This document shows, piece after piece, positions 40,313 to 52,821 of a stretch of 64,000 nucleotides of DNA. Under the pieces are notes generated by a model. That model had not been told where the DNA came from and made no database searches. It worked only from the letters and a program-made list of their open reading frames with translations. This DNA comes from Octopus vulgaris (lineage: Eukaryota), in NCBI GenBank assembly GCA_951406725.2, contig OX597815.1, positions 106,268,001-106,332,000 of the forward strand. Direction: 5' to 3'. Position 1 is the first letter of the stretch. Each line of letters opens with the position of its first letter. The translations under genes were made by a program, and so were the position numbers.

Positions 40313-41430
40313 TTAGCGTCCGTTTTCCATGCTAGCATGGGTTGGACGGTTCTGCTGGGGTCTGTGAAGCCAGAAGGCTTCATCAGGCCCAGTCAAATCT
40401 GGCAGTGTTTCTACGGCTGGATGCCCTTCCTAACGCCACCCACACCGTGAGTGTAGTGGGTGCTTTTTACGTGCCACCCGCACTGGTGCCAGACAGAGCT
40501 GGCAAACGGCCACGAACGGATGGTGCTTTTTATGTGCCACCGGCACGAGGGCCAGGCGAGGCTGGCAACGGACACGAAACGGGGCGGTGCTGGCAACGGT
40601 CGCGAAACGGAAAGTTCTCTTACATGCCACCGGCACTGGTAACACATCTGCAATTTCCATTGATCGATTTCCATTGATCGATTTCGATTCTGATCCTCAC
40701 TTGCCTCAATGGGTCTTCACAAGCAGAGTTTCGACATGCCACCGGCACTGGTAGCACATCCGCAATTTCCATTGATCGATTTCGATTCTGATCCTCACTT
40801 GCCTCAACACGTCTTCACAAGTAGAGTTTTGTGTCCCAAGAAGGGAAGGTATGCATACGTAGGCTGGCTCCATCCCATGTAGAAGGCCACGGGTTGTGGA
40901 CTCACTTGTCCTGCCGGGTCTTCTCGTGCACAGCACACTTCCAGAGGTCTCGGTCTCTAGTCATTTCCTCAGTGAGACCTAAAGTTCGAAGGTCGTGCTT
41001 CACCACCTCGTCCCAGGTTTTCCTGGGTCTGCCTCTTCCACAGGTTCCCTCAACCGCTAGGGTGTGGCACTTTTTCACACAACTATCTTCCTCCATTCTC
41101 GCCACATGACCATACCAGCGCAAACGTCTCTCTTGCACACCACAACTGATGCTTCTTAGGTCCAGCTTTTCTCTCAAGGTACTTACACTCTGCCGAGTGT
41201 GAGTACTGGCATTACACATCCATCGGAGCATACTGGCTTCATTTCTAGCGAGCTTACGCATATCCTCAGCAGTCACGGCCCATGTTTCACTGCCATGTAG
41301 CATGGCTGTTCGTACACACGCATCATACAGTCTGCCTTTCACTCTGTGCGAGAGGCCTTTTGTCACCAGCAGAGGTAAGAGCTCTCTGAACTTTGCCCAA
41401 GCTATTCTTACTCTAGCAGTTACACTAGCA
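40278..41430 (-). mobile_element. Young RTE-clade LINE 3' fragment, ORF end intact
   Basis: RVRIAWAKFRELLPLL...LHGSETWAVT...RRLRWYGHVARMEED...RGRPRKTWDEVVKHDL; long (cat)n tail. Confidence 0.92.
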
Positions 41431-41485
41431 GTTACAATATATGCATTAAGTGTTTGATCACCAGATTGAAAATACTGATACTTTT

Positions 41486-41693
41486 GACTGGCCCTCATGT
41501 CAGTGGTACGTAAAAAGCACTGACTACATACACTCTCAGAGTGATTGGCATTAAGAAGGGCATCCAGCTGTAGAAACACTGCCAGATCAGATTGGGGCTT
41601 GGTGCAGTCTTCTGGCTTGCCAGCCCTCAATCAAACCGTCCAACCCATGCCAGTTTGGAAAGCAGACGTTAAACAACGATGATGATGATGATG
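41486..41693 (+). mobile_element. RTE-derived 3' end repeat, inverted relative to 40278-41430
   Basis: gtggtacgtaaaaagcac...gaagggcatccagctgtag...gatgatgatg. Confidence 0.85.
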
Positions 41694-42738
41694 CTAATAT
41701 GATTGCATGCCATTTATGAGTCTTGTTTCAACCGCATTATTTACATTGTCCTTTAATGACAATTTCATCAAAATTTGCAAAAATAAGCTGACACATAATC
41801 TCTGACAATAACTTTGAATTGATTCACTAAAACTTTTATGTTGTGATAAGAATTTTAGCCTTCAACAGTTATCAATTTCTGTTAAGGAAGAACTGATAAC
41901 AATATCACAAATCTATTCTTTAAATTTCACTGTCTTAAATTCCAGGTTTTTCACTGTTTACACAAACTTCTTATAGGGTCATCATTCTCATACTAGATAA
42001 AAATGAAGTTGTTATATATATATATATATATATCAATAGTATCTTCATATTTCATTCTCTATGCAGCAGCAAAACATTGCATTCCAGCCTGTCACATCTG
42101 AATTATTGATTGAAAATTACTATTAACTGACATTGCCGTGTTGTACAATATTTATGTCAACAGTCACTGTCTCACATGATTCTCTTCATTCAGATGTTTT
42201 ATCCAACTGAATAGCCAAGCTGTTACATCAAATTAGCAGCCACCTTAAATAGACCCAATTATGTGCAAGCATGCAAAATGCAAGTAATAATATTAACATA
42301 ACAATAGTATCACATTTCTTTTTCCCATACTGACATTGACAAAGGTCATCTAGATCTAAGTCAACTGTGATCAAGAATTATTATGAAAGACATTCTAGTC
42401 ATGACTTCTTTTTTGAGATGACAGGGTGTGATCTGAAGGAGACAGTGTTGTTATTTCAAGCAGATTGAGTGACCACATTGAGGTCTCCTCATTGGTTAAG
42501 TTTAATGGGGCTGCAGTACAAAATACCAGCACACCACCCTATCATGTGTCATCTTTATAAGAATAAACATCCTAAAATCTAACTTCATCTTGGTATTCCT
42601 TTGCCAAGGGTACCTTTATACCTTCTGCTGTTTAGCAGAATAATGTAAAACATCAAAACTGGTTGTATTGATTCTCTACCAAGTGTGACCTAATAACAAA
42701 CTTCTGAAAAAGTATGAAAATATGGTTATATTACAAAC

Positions 42739-42806
42739 CTTTAAATCTGGGGTTACCTGACGCAGTGAAGAAGCATTTTGGGAGACTGTTTCAATAATGG
42801 GTGGAC
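42739..42806 (-). CDS. TMEM181: TMEM181 exon (GPPIIETVSQNASSLRQ[VTPDLK]); donor at 42757 or 42739
   Basis: ctttcaag acceptor, G|GT CCA completes the conserved GP after TM1; two in-frame phase-0 donors (gtaacc, gtttgt). Confidence 0.85.
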
Positions 42807-42895
42807 CTTGAAAGATAAAGAAAAATTCCTATAATTATTTCATATCTTGATAAAAGCTGAAGGGAGGGGGAAGTAATGTGTGACTGATTGTTTTT

Positions 42896-43145
42896 CATGT
42901 GCTGGTGCCACTTAAAAAGCATCCAGTCCACACTGTAAAGAGGATGACATTTGGAAGGGCATCCAGCTGTAAAAACCATGCCAAACTGATCTCGCCTGTG
43001 CTTGTGCCACGTAAAAAGCACTCAGACCACTCTGCAGGGTAGATGGTGTTAGGAAGGGCATCCAGCTATAAAAACCTGCCAAAACAGACACAGAAGTCTG
43101 GTACAGTCTCCTGCCTGGCCAGCTCCTGTCAAACCCATGCCAGCA
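42896..43145 (+). mobile_element. Two tandem RTE-derived 3' end fragments
   Basis: aaaaagca...gaagggcatccagct...aaaacc repeated twice. Confidence 0.7.
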
Positions 43146-44734
43146 AAACCAATAACTTCACTAAAACTCCTTCAGCTCTAAAACTTATTTTGCACTTTTA
43201 GTTGTCACAATATATCTCAAATTTAAGACAAAGAGTCAACCTCAATTACTGATATCAGCAATTAATGCAAAGAAACAACTATTGTTGCAAAGTTACCTTC
43301 TACTGTAATGGCTACCACCAAAATGTACTGGTACGCAGCAAATGACCGAACAGTAAAGGCCATATGACATACCTACAATGTCACACACTTCATATGGTAA
43401 ACTACTGCATGAATTGTCATGGACCACATCAATTCTTATTTGGGGTTACTTATTTGGAAACCACATCTTTCTCATGCATTACATTTTTGGTAGGTCTTCT
43501 ATAGTTGGATACCTTCCTATTACCAACTATTTACAAGGTATACTGGGTGCATTTTATTGCGATACCAGCACTTCAGAGCCATGGTTCTTAGTAAGACTAA
43601 AAAGGCTTCTCTCTCTCTCTTTCTACTATTAAGAGGATAGATGGACAAGCCGAGGAAGTACAGGACAATATATAAAACCAGTCAGGTAGAGGATTCATAC
43701 AACATATGACATAATACAGTCAGTTAAGAGATTGATCACACAAATATGACTCAACTCAAACAATTAAACAATTCATCACATGCACACAAACCTATTTATC
43801 AAAATTATTTAAGAGAACTGCCAAATATATGTATATACCATTGTCATCAAGAGTGGTCAAGCTGAGATGGGAAGTAATGAAGCAATTAAAAATAATTGTG
43901 ATGAAGTATCAGGGTGGACACTAAAGGTACAACATGGGTGAAAACGAGTGAGGCAGAAACTGAGAAAGTAGGAAATGAATGACAGTGTAAAGCAGCAGAA
44001 CAGAAATCATAAAATAGCAGATAGAAGAATGAGAGGGGGATAATCTTGGATAGGTTACAGGAATGAGTGGGGAAGAGTGACAGGTGTAGTGTTTGAAGAG
44101 GGTTAGAGATGTATGGTTGTTGGGGAAGAGAGACAATTTGATGGTTCAGTAGTAGTGGGGAAAAGAAGTCAATGGGAATGGGTACAGAGAATGATATTGA
44201 TGAAACGTAAATAACAAGTGAAATTGTTGTGGATAGTAATAAAAGTGGTATCGAGGAAGAGCTGCAGTTATGGTGATGGTGGGAAGAAGACAGGAAATTG
44301 GGTAAAGAGCCCAGTTGTGCATATTCCAACCCATGCCAGCATGAACAACAGACGTATGATGATGATGATTGTGTGTGCGTGTATGAGAGAGAGAGAAGAT
44401 ACAGCTCTACCAGAGCTCAGTGTCACAAGAGTGGGTCTTCTTAAAACTTGCCTATCACCAGTCATCCCAGCCCGTTGTCATCACCACGATTGTGAGATCA
44501 ACTTTCACCACTTTGTCCTATATCTTCCTGCATCTCCCTCAAGCCCTTTCAAACAGGAATGAGTGGGGAAGATCTGCCTTAAAATACAAGACTTTAGCTT
44601 ATTTTCAATTTATTTAATCTCACATGGAGTATAGGCAGTCTACATAACCTTTTCAAGCCCTTTCAAACAGATGAAATTGTTATTGATCCAGTAGACATGT
44701 TTACTCAGACACTTTACTTCACACAAGGACACAT

Positions 44735-45032
44735 GGAGACACATGTCCACACATATGGAGATACACATCCATACATACAAACACAGTACATAGTTGCAAA
44801 AAACTCAGACACACACACTTACATACACACACACACACACACAGACATGCAAACAAGGAGACAGAGGTACACACACACACAAAAACAGACACACAAACAC
44901 ATGAATATGCAGAATATGTACATATATACATATGCACGCACACACACATTCATGCATACATACATACATACATGCATGTATATGCACATGCACACACACA
45001 CTGACCCACACACATGCGCACAAACAAACAAA
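44735..45032. repeat. Degenerate (CA)n/(CATA)n microsatellite
   Basis: acacacacac, catacataca tracts. Confidence 0.85.
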
Positions 45033-45735
45033 AAGAACAGTGTGAATAATGGACAGAGTCAAAACTATTGAAAAGATTGCAAGATGCAACGAAAATTTTA
45101 GAAAAATAAAGGAAATGAGTGGAAATTTTACTGGTGAGTGTGTTAAATTATAAGGCACTAAAAGAGAATGACTCTCCCCAATCTAATGTGTTATTCCTTT
45201 TTTTTGAAGATGTGATTTGAAGGAGATTTGGCTGCTATTACTAGCAGAACAAGTAACTGCATAGGTCTCTTTCTTGAGTTATTTATCCAATATATACATA
45301 GGTGCAGGCATAGCTGTATGGTTATAAAGTTCATTTCACAACTATGTGGACTTAGGGTTCAGTCCTACAGCACAGAATCTTAGGCAAGTATTTTCTACTA
45401 TACCTTGTGGGTGAATTTGGTAGACAGGAGTTATAGAAAGTCTGTCTAGTGTGTGTGTGTGTGTAAGTTCATCCACCCTTTTACAGGTTTTTTTCATTTA
45501 TTTTTCATCTCGTGTGTGTGTTAGCATAACCTTATAACTTGCATGTGATAGCTATTATACAGATATAGTTCAACCCATGTCAGCACGGAAGACAGACATT
45601 AAATGAGATATTTTAGCTGCTATTAATAGTAGGCTGAATAACCACATAAACTGCTTAGTTGGTTTAAATAAGTTAATGTACTGACTTTAGAAGATATAGC
45701 ATAAGCAATAGTTGAGATTTATCAAAGATACATAC

Positions 45736-45839
45736 CTGCTACACCTATAAGGACACTGACTCCAAAGAAAAGAAAGAAAGTGGCAAAGACCAAAACAAAC
45801 TGCCGTTTATTGAGACTGTATAGTCGCATCTGAACTGAT
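45736..45839 (-). CDS. TMEM181: TMEM181 first shared coding exon (SVQMRLYSLNKRQFVLVFATFFLFFGVSVLIGVA)
   Basis: ttccacag/gtatgt, 104 nt phase 2/1; MRLYxLxKRxFVLVF motif and TM1. Confidence 0.97.
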
Positions 45840-45969
45840 CTGTGGAAAAAAATATGAGCAAATATTATTTAAAATCAGCTTCAAGATATATTCAGATATG
45901 TAAAGTAAACAAGATTACACATTCATAAAGGCAACAAGGAATAACATCTGTGCATATGTGTGTGTGTCC

Positions 45970-46500
45970 GTCCTGGGTAAGTAGTTGAGCCCTGGTCCAA
46001 AAGTTCTAGGGTTTCAAGGTATGTGGAACCACCTCTAAGCTGCTATTGTTCCCAGCAGTAGTAGCACCTGCCAGGGTCCCAGCTATAGGTTAATTAGCAT
46101 GTTTTGGAAGAAATATCAAATTCAAGCCCTCACTACCTTGTGAGTGCTTTGGGAAAGGAAAAGACTAGAGGAGTCAACCCTGACAGCAAATCAAGGAGTG
46201 GAGTCCCTCAAGCAGTCTGGTGCCCTCTTTGACACCCTTCCGGATAGGTGGAGCTTTCAAGCCCTGTAAGGCAATTCATCTAAAAGGCTACTCCAAGGTA
46301 GAACCTATAGCTTGCTGGTCACCACAACTGTCTTAGCCTGCTAAGCCACCCTGGTCAGACCTCCAAGTCTAAAAAGTGGGATCAGATTGTGCAGACTGAT
46401 TTCCTCTTTAAAACTAGTAAGTGCAGGCAGGAAGATATGCCCATGAAGCATCAAGAATCAGTTTACATAGTCATTTGAAGGTGTGCTGCTCTTTCTCATG
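45970..46500 (+). mobile_element. Probable LINE (RTE-type) 5'UTR relic
   Basis: GC-richer block with ggagtcaaccctgacagcaaatcaaggagtggagtccct, resembling RTE 5'UTR motifs from memory. Confidence 0.4.
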
Positions 46501-46885
46501 ATCTTCAGACACAATGAACCTGCCATCAGCATATACATATATATAACCTTGTTTAGGCTTAGCAGCCCTTTCTGTTTGTTTTCACTGTCCTGTTTTTGTT
46601 ACCAATTTTGACCCTCCGCAAAACCCCAAAGTTTATTTAATTTGCTTTGCAGGAGCAACTGTTTTATCGAAAGCATATCTTGTTGTGAAATGCTCAAAAT
46701 ACAAGAGTAGAAAAACAGCCAACAACTGATGAAAGGTCGTTCTTTATATTGTTTTCCATTTGTGTATAACATTGTTTGAAAAAACAGTTCATATTCCATA
46801 TGCTCGTACTTCGTATTTTTTGTTGTACACGTTTCGTGACGTCCTGTGCCCACATATGCATATATGTATGCGTAGAGATGTATGT

Positions 46886-47152
46886 ACATATATATATTAT
46901 TTATATTATTTTATATTTATATATATGCAATTATATTATTTTATATTTATATATATATATTATTTTATATTTATATATATATATATATATTATTTATATT
47001 ATTTTATATTTATATATATATATATATTATTTATATTATTTTATATTTATATATATATATATATTATTTATATTATTTTATATTTATATATATATATATA
47101 TTATTTATATTATTTTATATTTATATATATATATTATTTATATATATATATA
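46886..47152. repeat. Almost pure A/T compound minisatellite, unit (TA)n-ttatttatattattttatatt
   Basis: About 7 units with variable (TA)n length. Confidence 0.9.
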
Positions 47153-47260
47153 CTGATCACAATATTGACAGCTGAACAGAAAACGCATTGCTGAAAAAGT
47201 TTGGAATTATCAACTGAGATAAGTATGTGCTGGAGACTGAATTGTCATTTTTACATTTTT

Positions 47261-47635
47261 GGCGCAGGCGTGGCTGTGTAGTAAGAAAATTGCTTCCCAA
47301 CCACATGGTTCCAGGTTCAATCCCAATGTGTGGCACTTTGGGCAAGTGTCTTCTGCTATAGCCTCGGGCCGATCAAAGCCTTGTGAGTAGATTTGATAGA
47401 CGGAAACTGAAAGAAGCCCGTTGTGTGTATGTGTGTGTTTATATTCCCCCATCGCTTGACAACAGGTGTTGTATTTACATCTCCGTAACTTAGCGGTCCG
47501 GCAAATAGTGACCGATAGAATAAGTACCAGGTTTTAAAAACAAAATAAGTCCTGGGGTCCATTTGTTCCAGTAAAACCTTCCGAGGCGGTACCCCAGCAT
47601 GGCTGCAGTCAAATGACTGAAAGAACCAAAAGAGT
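47261..47635 (+). mobile_element. Full-length tRNA-derived SINE with CORE-like domain
   Basis: A-box-like tggctgtgtagtaag, B-box ggttcaatccc, gtggcactttgggcaagtgtctt, 3' gtcaaatgactgaaaga; further copies near 7180, 27085, 45300, 59155. Confidence 0.85.
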
Positions 47636-47927
47636 AATAAAAAAAAAAGTTTATATATATTTATACATAATGTAAATATAGAGGGAATGTAGCGATGCTG
47701 TTTAAGAGTATCAATAATATGTTTGAGGGAAAATAAGCTCGGGAGAAGGTTCTACATACTAAATAAAAATACATTATAGTTTCACACACGAAATATAGTG
47801 AGTAGAAAAACTGATTCATATTTTATGAACTGTATCATTGATTAGTATTTGAACTGAAACTTTCCCCACCTCTCTGTATCATTGGTATTCTTTAAAAAAT
47901 ATTGGAATATACCTTAGAATTACTTTA

Positions 47928-48350
47928 CATTTATTTTGTACCTAACTTCACGCCCTAAATCAAACATGGGCAACTCTTTTTCGAGAAGCGAACCGCTTGA
48001 GACAGCTCATCATCAGACGAGTCACACTACTAAAAAACTTCAAAGTAATTTTTCGTTAAGTACTGCCGACGGTAGTTTGTCCATGTTTGCTTGAAATAAG
48101 GAAGTAACGCAAAATTTTGACAAGTAAAAATTGGTTCATTTATTTTGTACCTAACTTCACGCCCTAAATCAAACATGGGCAACTCTTTTTCGAGAAGCGA
48201 ACCGCTTGAGACAGCTCATCATCAGACGAGCCACACTACTAAAAAACTTCAAAGTAATTTTTCGTTAAGTCCTGCCGACGGTAGTTTGTCCAGGTCTGCT
48301 TGAAATAAGGAAGTAACACAAAATTTTGACAAGTAAAAATTGGTTCATTT
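47928..48350. repeat. Direct tandem duplication, 2 x 209 bp
   Basis: Units begin at 47928 and 48137; cattt microhomology at 47928, 48137 and 48346; about 5 substitutions. Confidence 0.92.
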
Positions 48351-49489
48351 GGTTAGTTAGCTGTAAAAACAAACTCTGTGCACACATATATATATATTAT
48401 AAAGCAGAAGGTGCATATATAAGTGTGTGTGTGTATAAATGAAGAAAATGTCAACTCATAACAAAATTAAAGTAGGCATTCTTTCGATATAAGGGCAAAA
48501 TGTAATATAAAACAGAATATTTTGATTGTTTCTAAATAAAGCTTAAGAAAACGTTAAAAACGAGTTGTGTATTTCTTCAGAACCGTAGTAAAACGAAATA
48601 AGTTAATCAAATAAGATATCCAAAATAACTTGTATTTTTATCTTTACAACACAATTTTCTCCCCGTCTTTTACTAACTCTATAATACACTACAAAGTTTT
48701 CATTAGAACTTCTTACAGATAAATTGTTTTATTTCTGTTAGGAGTTTAAAAAAAAAAAAGTAGGGGGAAACGCCAAGACACATTTGAAATAACGAGGCCG
48801 AGTACCGCCGAAACTTCGAGGTCACTGTCAGTATTTTTCCTTGTGAAAATACCTCTCAAGCTCTACCTCTATGTATCGTGTGCTTCTTTAGTTAAGGTTT
48901 CACGGGCCTCGTGTATACTTAAACATAAAGCACAGTGTGTGTGTGTTGCATTCAAATTATAACAAGTGGCGATAGTAGTGTTTTCGTAGGGTTATTTTCC
49001 ACAATAAAGATGTGCGGGTTCGAAACCAGACTGCAATGTTCGCCCATCCTTAACAAATCAACAAGTGGGTGTATGAACTTATAAAAAGTAGAAGTGTTTC
49101 TTAGACTGAATGTTGTCCCTCAGTAATTTATCATCTCGAGTATATATACAACTTCTAAGTTTGCAGATATTCGTGTTTCCTAACTTTTCGATAAATAATA
49201 CATTGTATATGGTTGATAAGATAAATACCAGTCATGTACTAGGGTAGACTTAATACCACCATCAGCCCGTGTGGTAGGAAATCAACATTTTAGTTTTAAA
49301 ATTCGCGTAAAACTTTCACTATATAAAGAAGAAATAAGGCGAAAGAAAAACTTTTCATAAACTTCGTAAAACAAAATAAGTTGCGTTTTGAGGTGAATTC
49401 TGACATTTCAAATAGCAGGATCTTTCCTCCAACAACTTACCTTATTTTACGAATTATACAAACTAATTATTTATATATTTTAAACTTAC

Positions 49490-49512
49490 ATTTCGATTTC
49501 GCGAGGTGCCAT
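49490..49512 (-). CDS. TMEM181: TMEM181 alternative first coding exon, short isoform (MAPREIE-I)
   Basis: gccagcATGG Kozak context, gtaagt donor, phase 2 joins 45839 in frame (AT|A TCA GTT CAG ATG); CpG-enriched surroundings. Confidence 0.75.
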
Positions 49513-49720
49513 GCTGGCAACCGCCAAGACCACAAAACTTTAACCTAAATCACTGTTTTCCACCCGGAAGTTCAATAATATAGAGCTGCTGTTGCCGTCC
49601 AAAAATGTTATGTTCGCTAATCGAATAGATATATTTACATCTGACAGTTTTCGTAAAGAAGTTTTAAAAAAAAAGTTTTTATACTTTTTATTAGGAAGCC
49701 GGTGTCATTTACGAAGTGTC
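49513..49720 (-). promoter_or_regulatory. Candidate promoter/5'UTR of the short TMEM181 isoform
   Basis: Local CpG enrichment relative to introns; ETS-type CCGGAAGT at 49564-49571. Confidence 0.45.
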
Positions 49721-50619
49721 TCCCACACAAAATATAACATATTTGAGAACGTTGTTCAGTCTTAAGTTAGCTTAGTCCTTATCTAGCAGACACATGAACA
49801 GAGACGTTCAAGCTATGTCTATTCATGTCAAAAATACTGAATATAAGATTACCTTCTCTTTTACGATGGTAGGATGTGATTTGAAGATTTAACTGTTATT
49901 TCTAGCCGATCATGTAACCGTCTAGAAACACTCACATAGGCTCGACGAGAATTTTGTTTTCTTCGTTAAAATAGTTGTCACAGTGTTATTGCTTAGGTCT
50001 TAATGAACCTTGAACCAAACGGGTATCTACCACGACAGAGTGCGTTAATGTTATGAACATTCAGCTGAGATATCAAACCACAGAAGATATCAGGCCTAAC
50101 TTAGCTAAGTGGGTAATTGCTCAGTAGTAGTTAGAGGACAATCAGAGCAAAGTGGTCTGATCCAACCTAAGCAGTGGCTTCACCCCTCTGCATGGGCCAC
50201 TTACACTTTTCTGTGCTTGTTTTACGTATCAGATTTTCAATCTTTCTTAATATAATGTATTATGTTTCCCTATCACCTCCCTCTCTATTACTCTCTCTTT
50301 CAATCAAGGAGGTATGTAGGTTACAAGGAAACCTCACTTGTGTAAGTGCTAAGAAAAAAGCACCCAGTACACTCTGTAAAGTGGGTAGCATTAGAAAGGT
50401 CGCCCAACCATAGAAACATACCAAAACCAAGATTTGCTCTTCCAACCCACTGGATCATGTCAGACCATCTAACCAATGCCAGTATGGAAAGCAGATGTGA
50501 AAAAAATGATGAGAAGGCAGACAGATATACACACAGCAGGTTGAAAGACAGACAGGCAGGTGGGTACGTACACACACACACATACTCACATCTCATTTTG
50601 TAACACATTTTATAACATA

Positions 50620-51911
50620 CGAGAGGCGTTCAATAAGTAATGCCCCTGACCCACTTCCCATAGCAGTAGAGCAACGAAACTTGGCACAGTTATTGGTCTT
50701 TTTCTGCATAGGAACCACTCAGAGTTACACATTTCTCCCATCGTTTGATGCAACTCTGGAGACCGTTTTTGTAGAAGACCCCAGCTTGGTCCTCCAACCA
50801 CGATGTGACTTCAGAAATCAAGGCTGCATCATCTGGGAAATGCTTTCCTTTCAAAAACAACTTCATGGCTGGGAAGAGGTGAAAATCAGAGGGTGCAAGG
50901 TCAGGAGAGTAGGGGGATGGGGGAGGAGTTAATAGCCGCACGCCTGTGCTTCTGATCTGGCGACACGCGAGTTGTAGACCGGAGCGTTGTCCTGCAGGAG
51001 GAGGATGCCTTTGCTGATCTTGCCCCGCCTCTTGATTTTGATAGCTTCTCTTAATTTCCTCAAACGTGAAGCATAATAGGCTCCTGTAATTGTGGTACCC
51101 TTTGCCAGGAAATCTGTCATCACTACTCCATCCTGGTCCCAGAAGACTGTGAGCATGACCTTGCCAGCAGAGGGCTGCACCCTTGCCTTCTTTGGAGGAG
51201 GTGAGTCACGGAGCATCCACTGCATTGACTGGGCTTTGGTCTCTGGATCATAGTGATGGACCCAGGTTTCATCCTGTGTAATCTGTCTTTTGAAAAATTT
51301 TGGCTCATCTTCTTGGCACATCTCCAAATTCATCCTCAAGCAGTCAACGCGTTCTTGCTTCTGGAAAGGTGTGAGCAACCTGGGAATCCATCTGGCAGAC
51401 ACCTTTTGCATATGCAAATGGTCATGAATGATAGTTTCCACAGACCCGGTATTAAACTTGACTTCATGGGCTATTTGGCGAATAGTTATGCGTCGATCTT
51501 CCAAAATGGCAGCCTCAACTTGACGGACAGATGCCTCATCAATGGCAGAAGGGGGACGACCAGATCTGGGAGCTGTTTCCACAGAGTTCCAACCATGTTT
51601 GAATTCACGATGCCAGCGTTTTACAAGGTCATATGATGGGGCATCATCACCATAAGTTACTTTCATTTCATCAAAAGTCTCCCGTGGTGTGCATCCTTTC
51701 AAATACAAAAACCGGATCACTGCTCGACACTCAACAGGCTCCATTTCACACTTGACTCAGTTCAAACACCTGTATATCAGAAACCACAATTAGTTCAGAG
51801 CTGTAATTTGCCACTTAATCTATAGAGATATAAATAATTGCACATGTAAATTTTCAGCTAGATCAAACAACTGCAAGTGGGTCAAAGTCATTACTTATTG
51901 AACACCCCTCG
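50620..51911 (-). mobile_element. Full-length mariner (DD34D) transposon, 1292 bp, irritans-like
   Basis: 35-bp TIRs (cgagaggcgttcaataagtaatgcccctgacccac / cgaggggtgttcaataagtaatgactttgacccac, 30/35 match); TA TSDs at 50618-50619 and 51912-51913. Confidence 0.95.
50690..51744 (-). pseudogene. Mariner transposase pseudogene (~351 aa if repaired; stop plus 1-bp frameshift near 50910-50931)
   Basis: ARWIPRLL, QDETW, QDNAP, YSPDLAPSDFHLF; 34 residues between second and third catalytic Asp. Confidence 0.93.
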
Positions 51912-52119
51912 TATTTTGTTTGGCATGTATGGAACCTTGTAACCAATAAAGAAAGGATTATTATTATAAATTGTCTCTGAACTGCATCAACGATAAACAT
52001 TGATGCTTCTTAAACTTACATTTGTTTCATAAATTTTTCCAACAAAAATCAGAATTTTTATTATAGTAAAGGACAATCTTGAAGAATGTTCTTGTTTCCT
52101 CTAATTAATAAGATACAGA

Positions 52120-52320
52120 AAGGCAGCAAGCTAGCAGAAGCATTAAAAATGCTTGGCAAAATGCTTAGTAGCATTTCGTCCATCTCCACATTCTGAGTTC
52201 AAATGCTGCTGCTGGGGTCAACTTTGCCTTTCATCCTTTCGGAGTCAATAAAATAAGTACCACTTGAGTACTGGGATCAATGTAATTGACTTACCCCTTC
52301 CACGAAATTGCTGGCCTTCA
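52120..52320 (+). mobile_element. SINE, family of 28946-29415
   Basis: aaggcagcaagctagcagaagcatt...gagttcaaat...gtcaactttgcctttcatcctttcggagtcaataaaataagtacc. Confidence 0.75.
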
Positions 52321-52821
52321 AACTGCTGTATCTTATAAATCAATTAATAAGATATAGTTATTTTCCTCTCAACAGACAAATATTTTATTCAAAAATGTCA
52401 ACAAGTTTGACATTTGAAATCAAAGAATAGTAACAGTGATGCTAAAGCTGTTATCTTTCTTGAAACTTTTGCTTGTCAAAGCAAAATGTTGTTTTTTTCT
52501 GGAGATTTCATTAGAAATTAACGAATGTGTAAGTGTAAACTTTGACAACACCAGCAATGATATGGTGTGACATAGCAGTGAGGCAGAAAAAAACAACACC
52601 ATTATAAACAATAATAAATTCGTCACTATCGACAAACGGTAGATACAACACTAAAAATAGTGCTAACAACAATATAACAAGAAGGGAAATAGGTGAAGAA
52701 AATAAAAATATCAACATCAACAAGACCAACAGCAAAAAGATTGAGAATGTCAGTAATAAGTTATATGAAACACGCAACAGCATCATCAACAATAACAGAA
52801 ACAAAAAGAATAAGAAAAGTG

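Noticed and set aside
40902-41630. 242-aa ORF as a host gene
   Set aside because: Chance fusion of an antisense RTE 3'UTR copy, a short spacer and the RTE ORF end
44697-47194. Several long ORFs rich in HT/CV or YI
   Set aside because: Microsatellite translations
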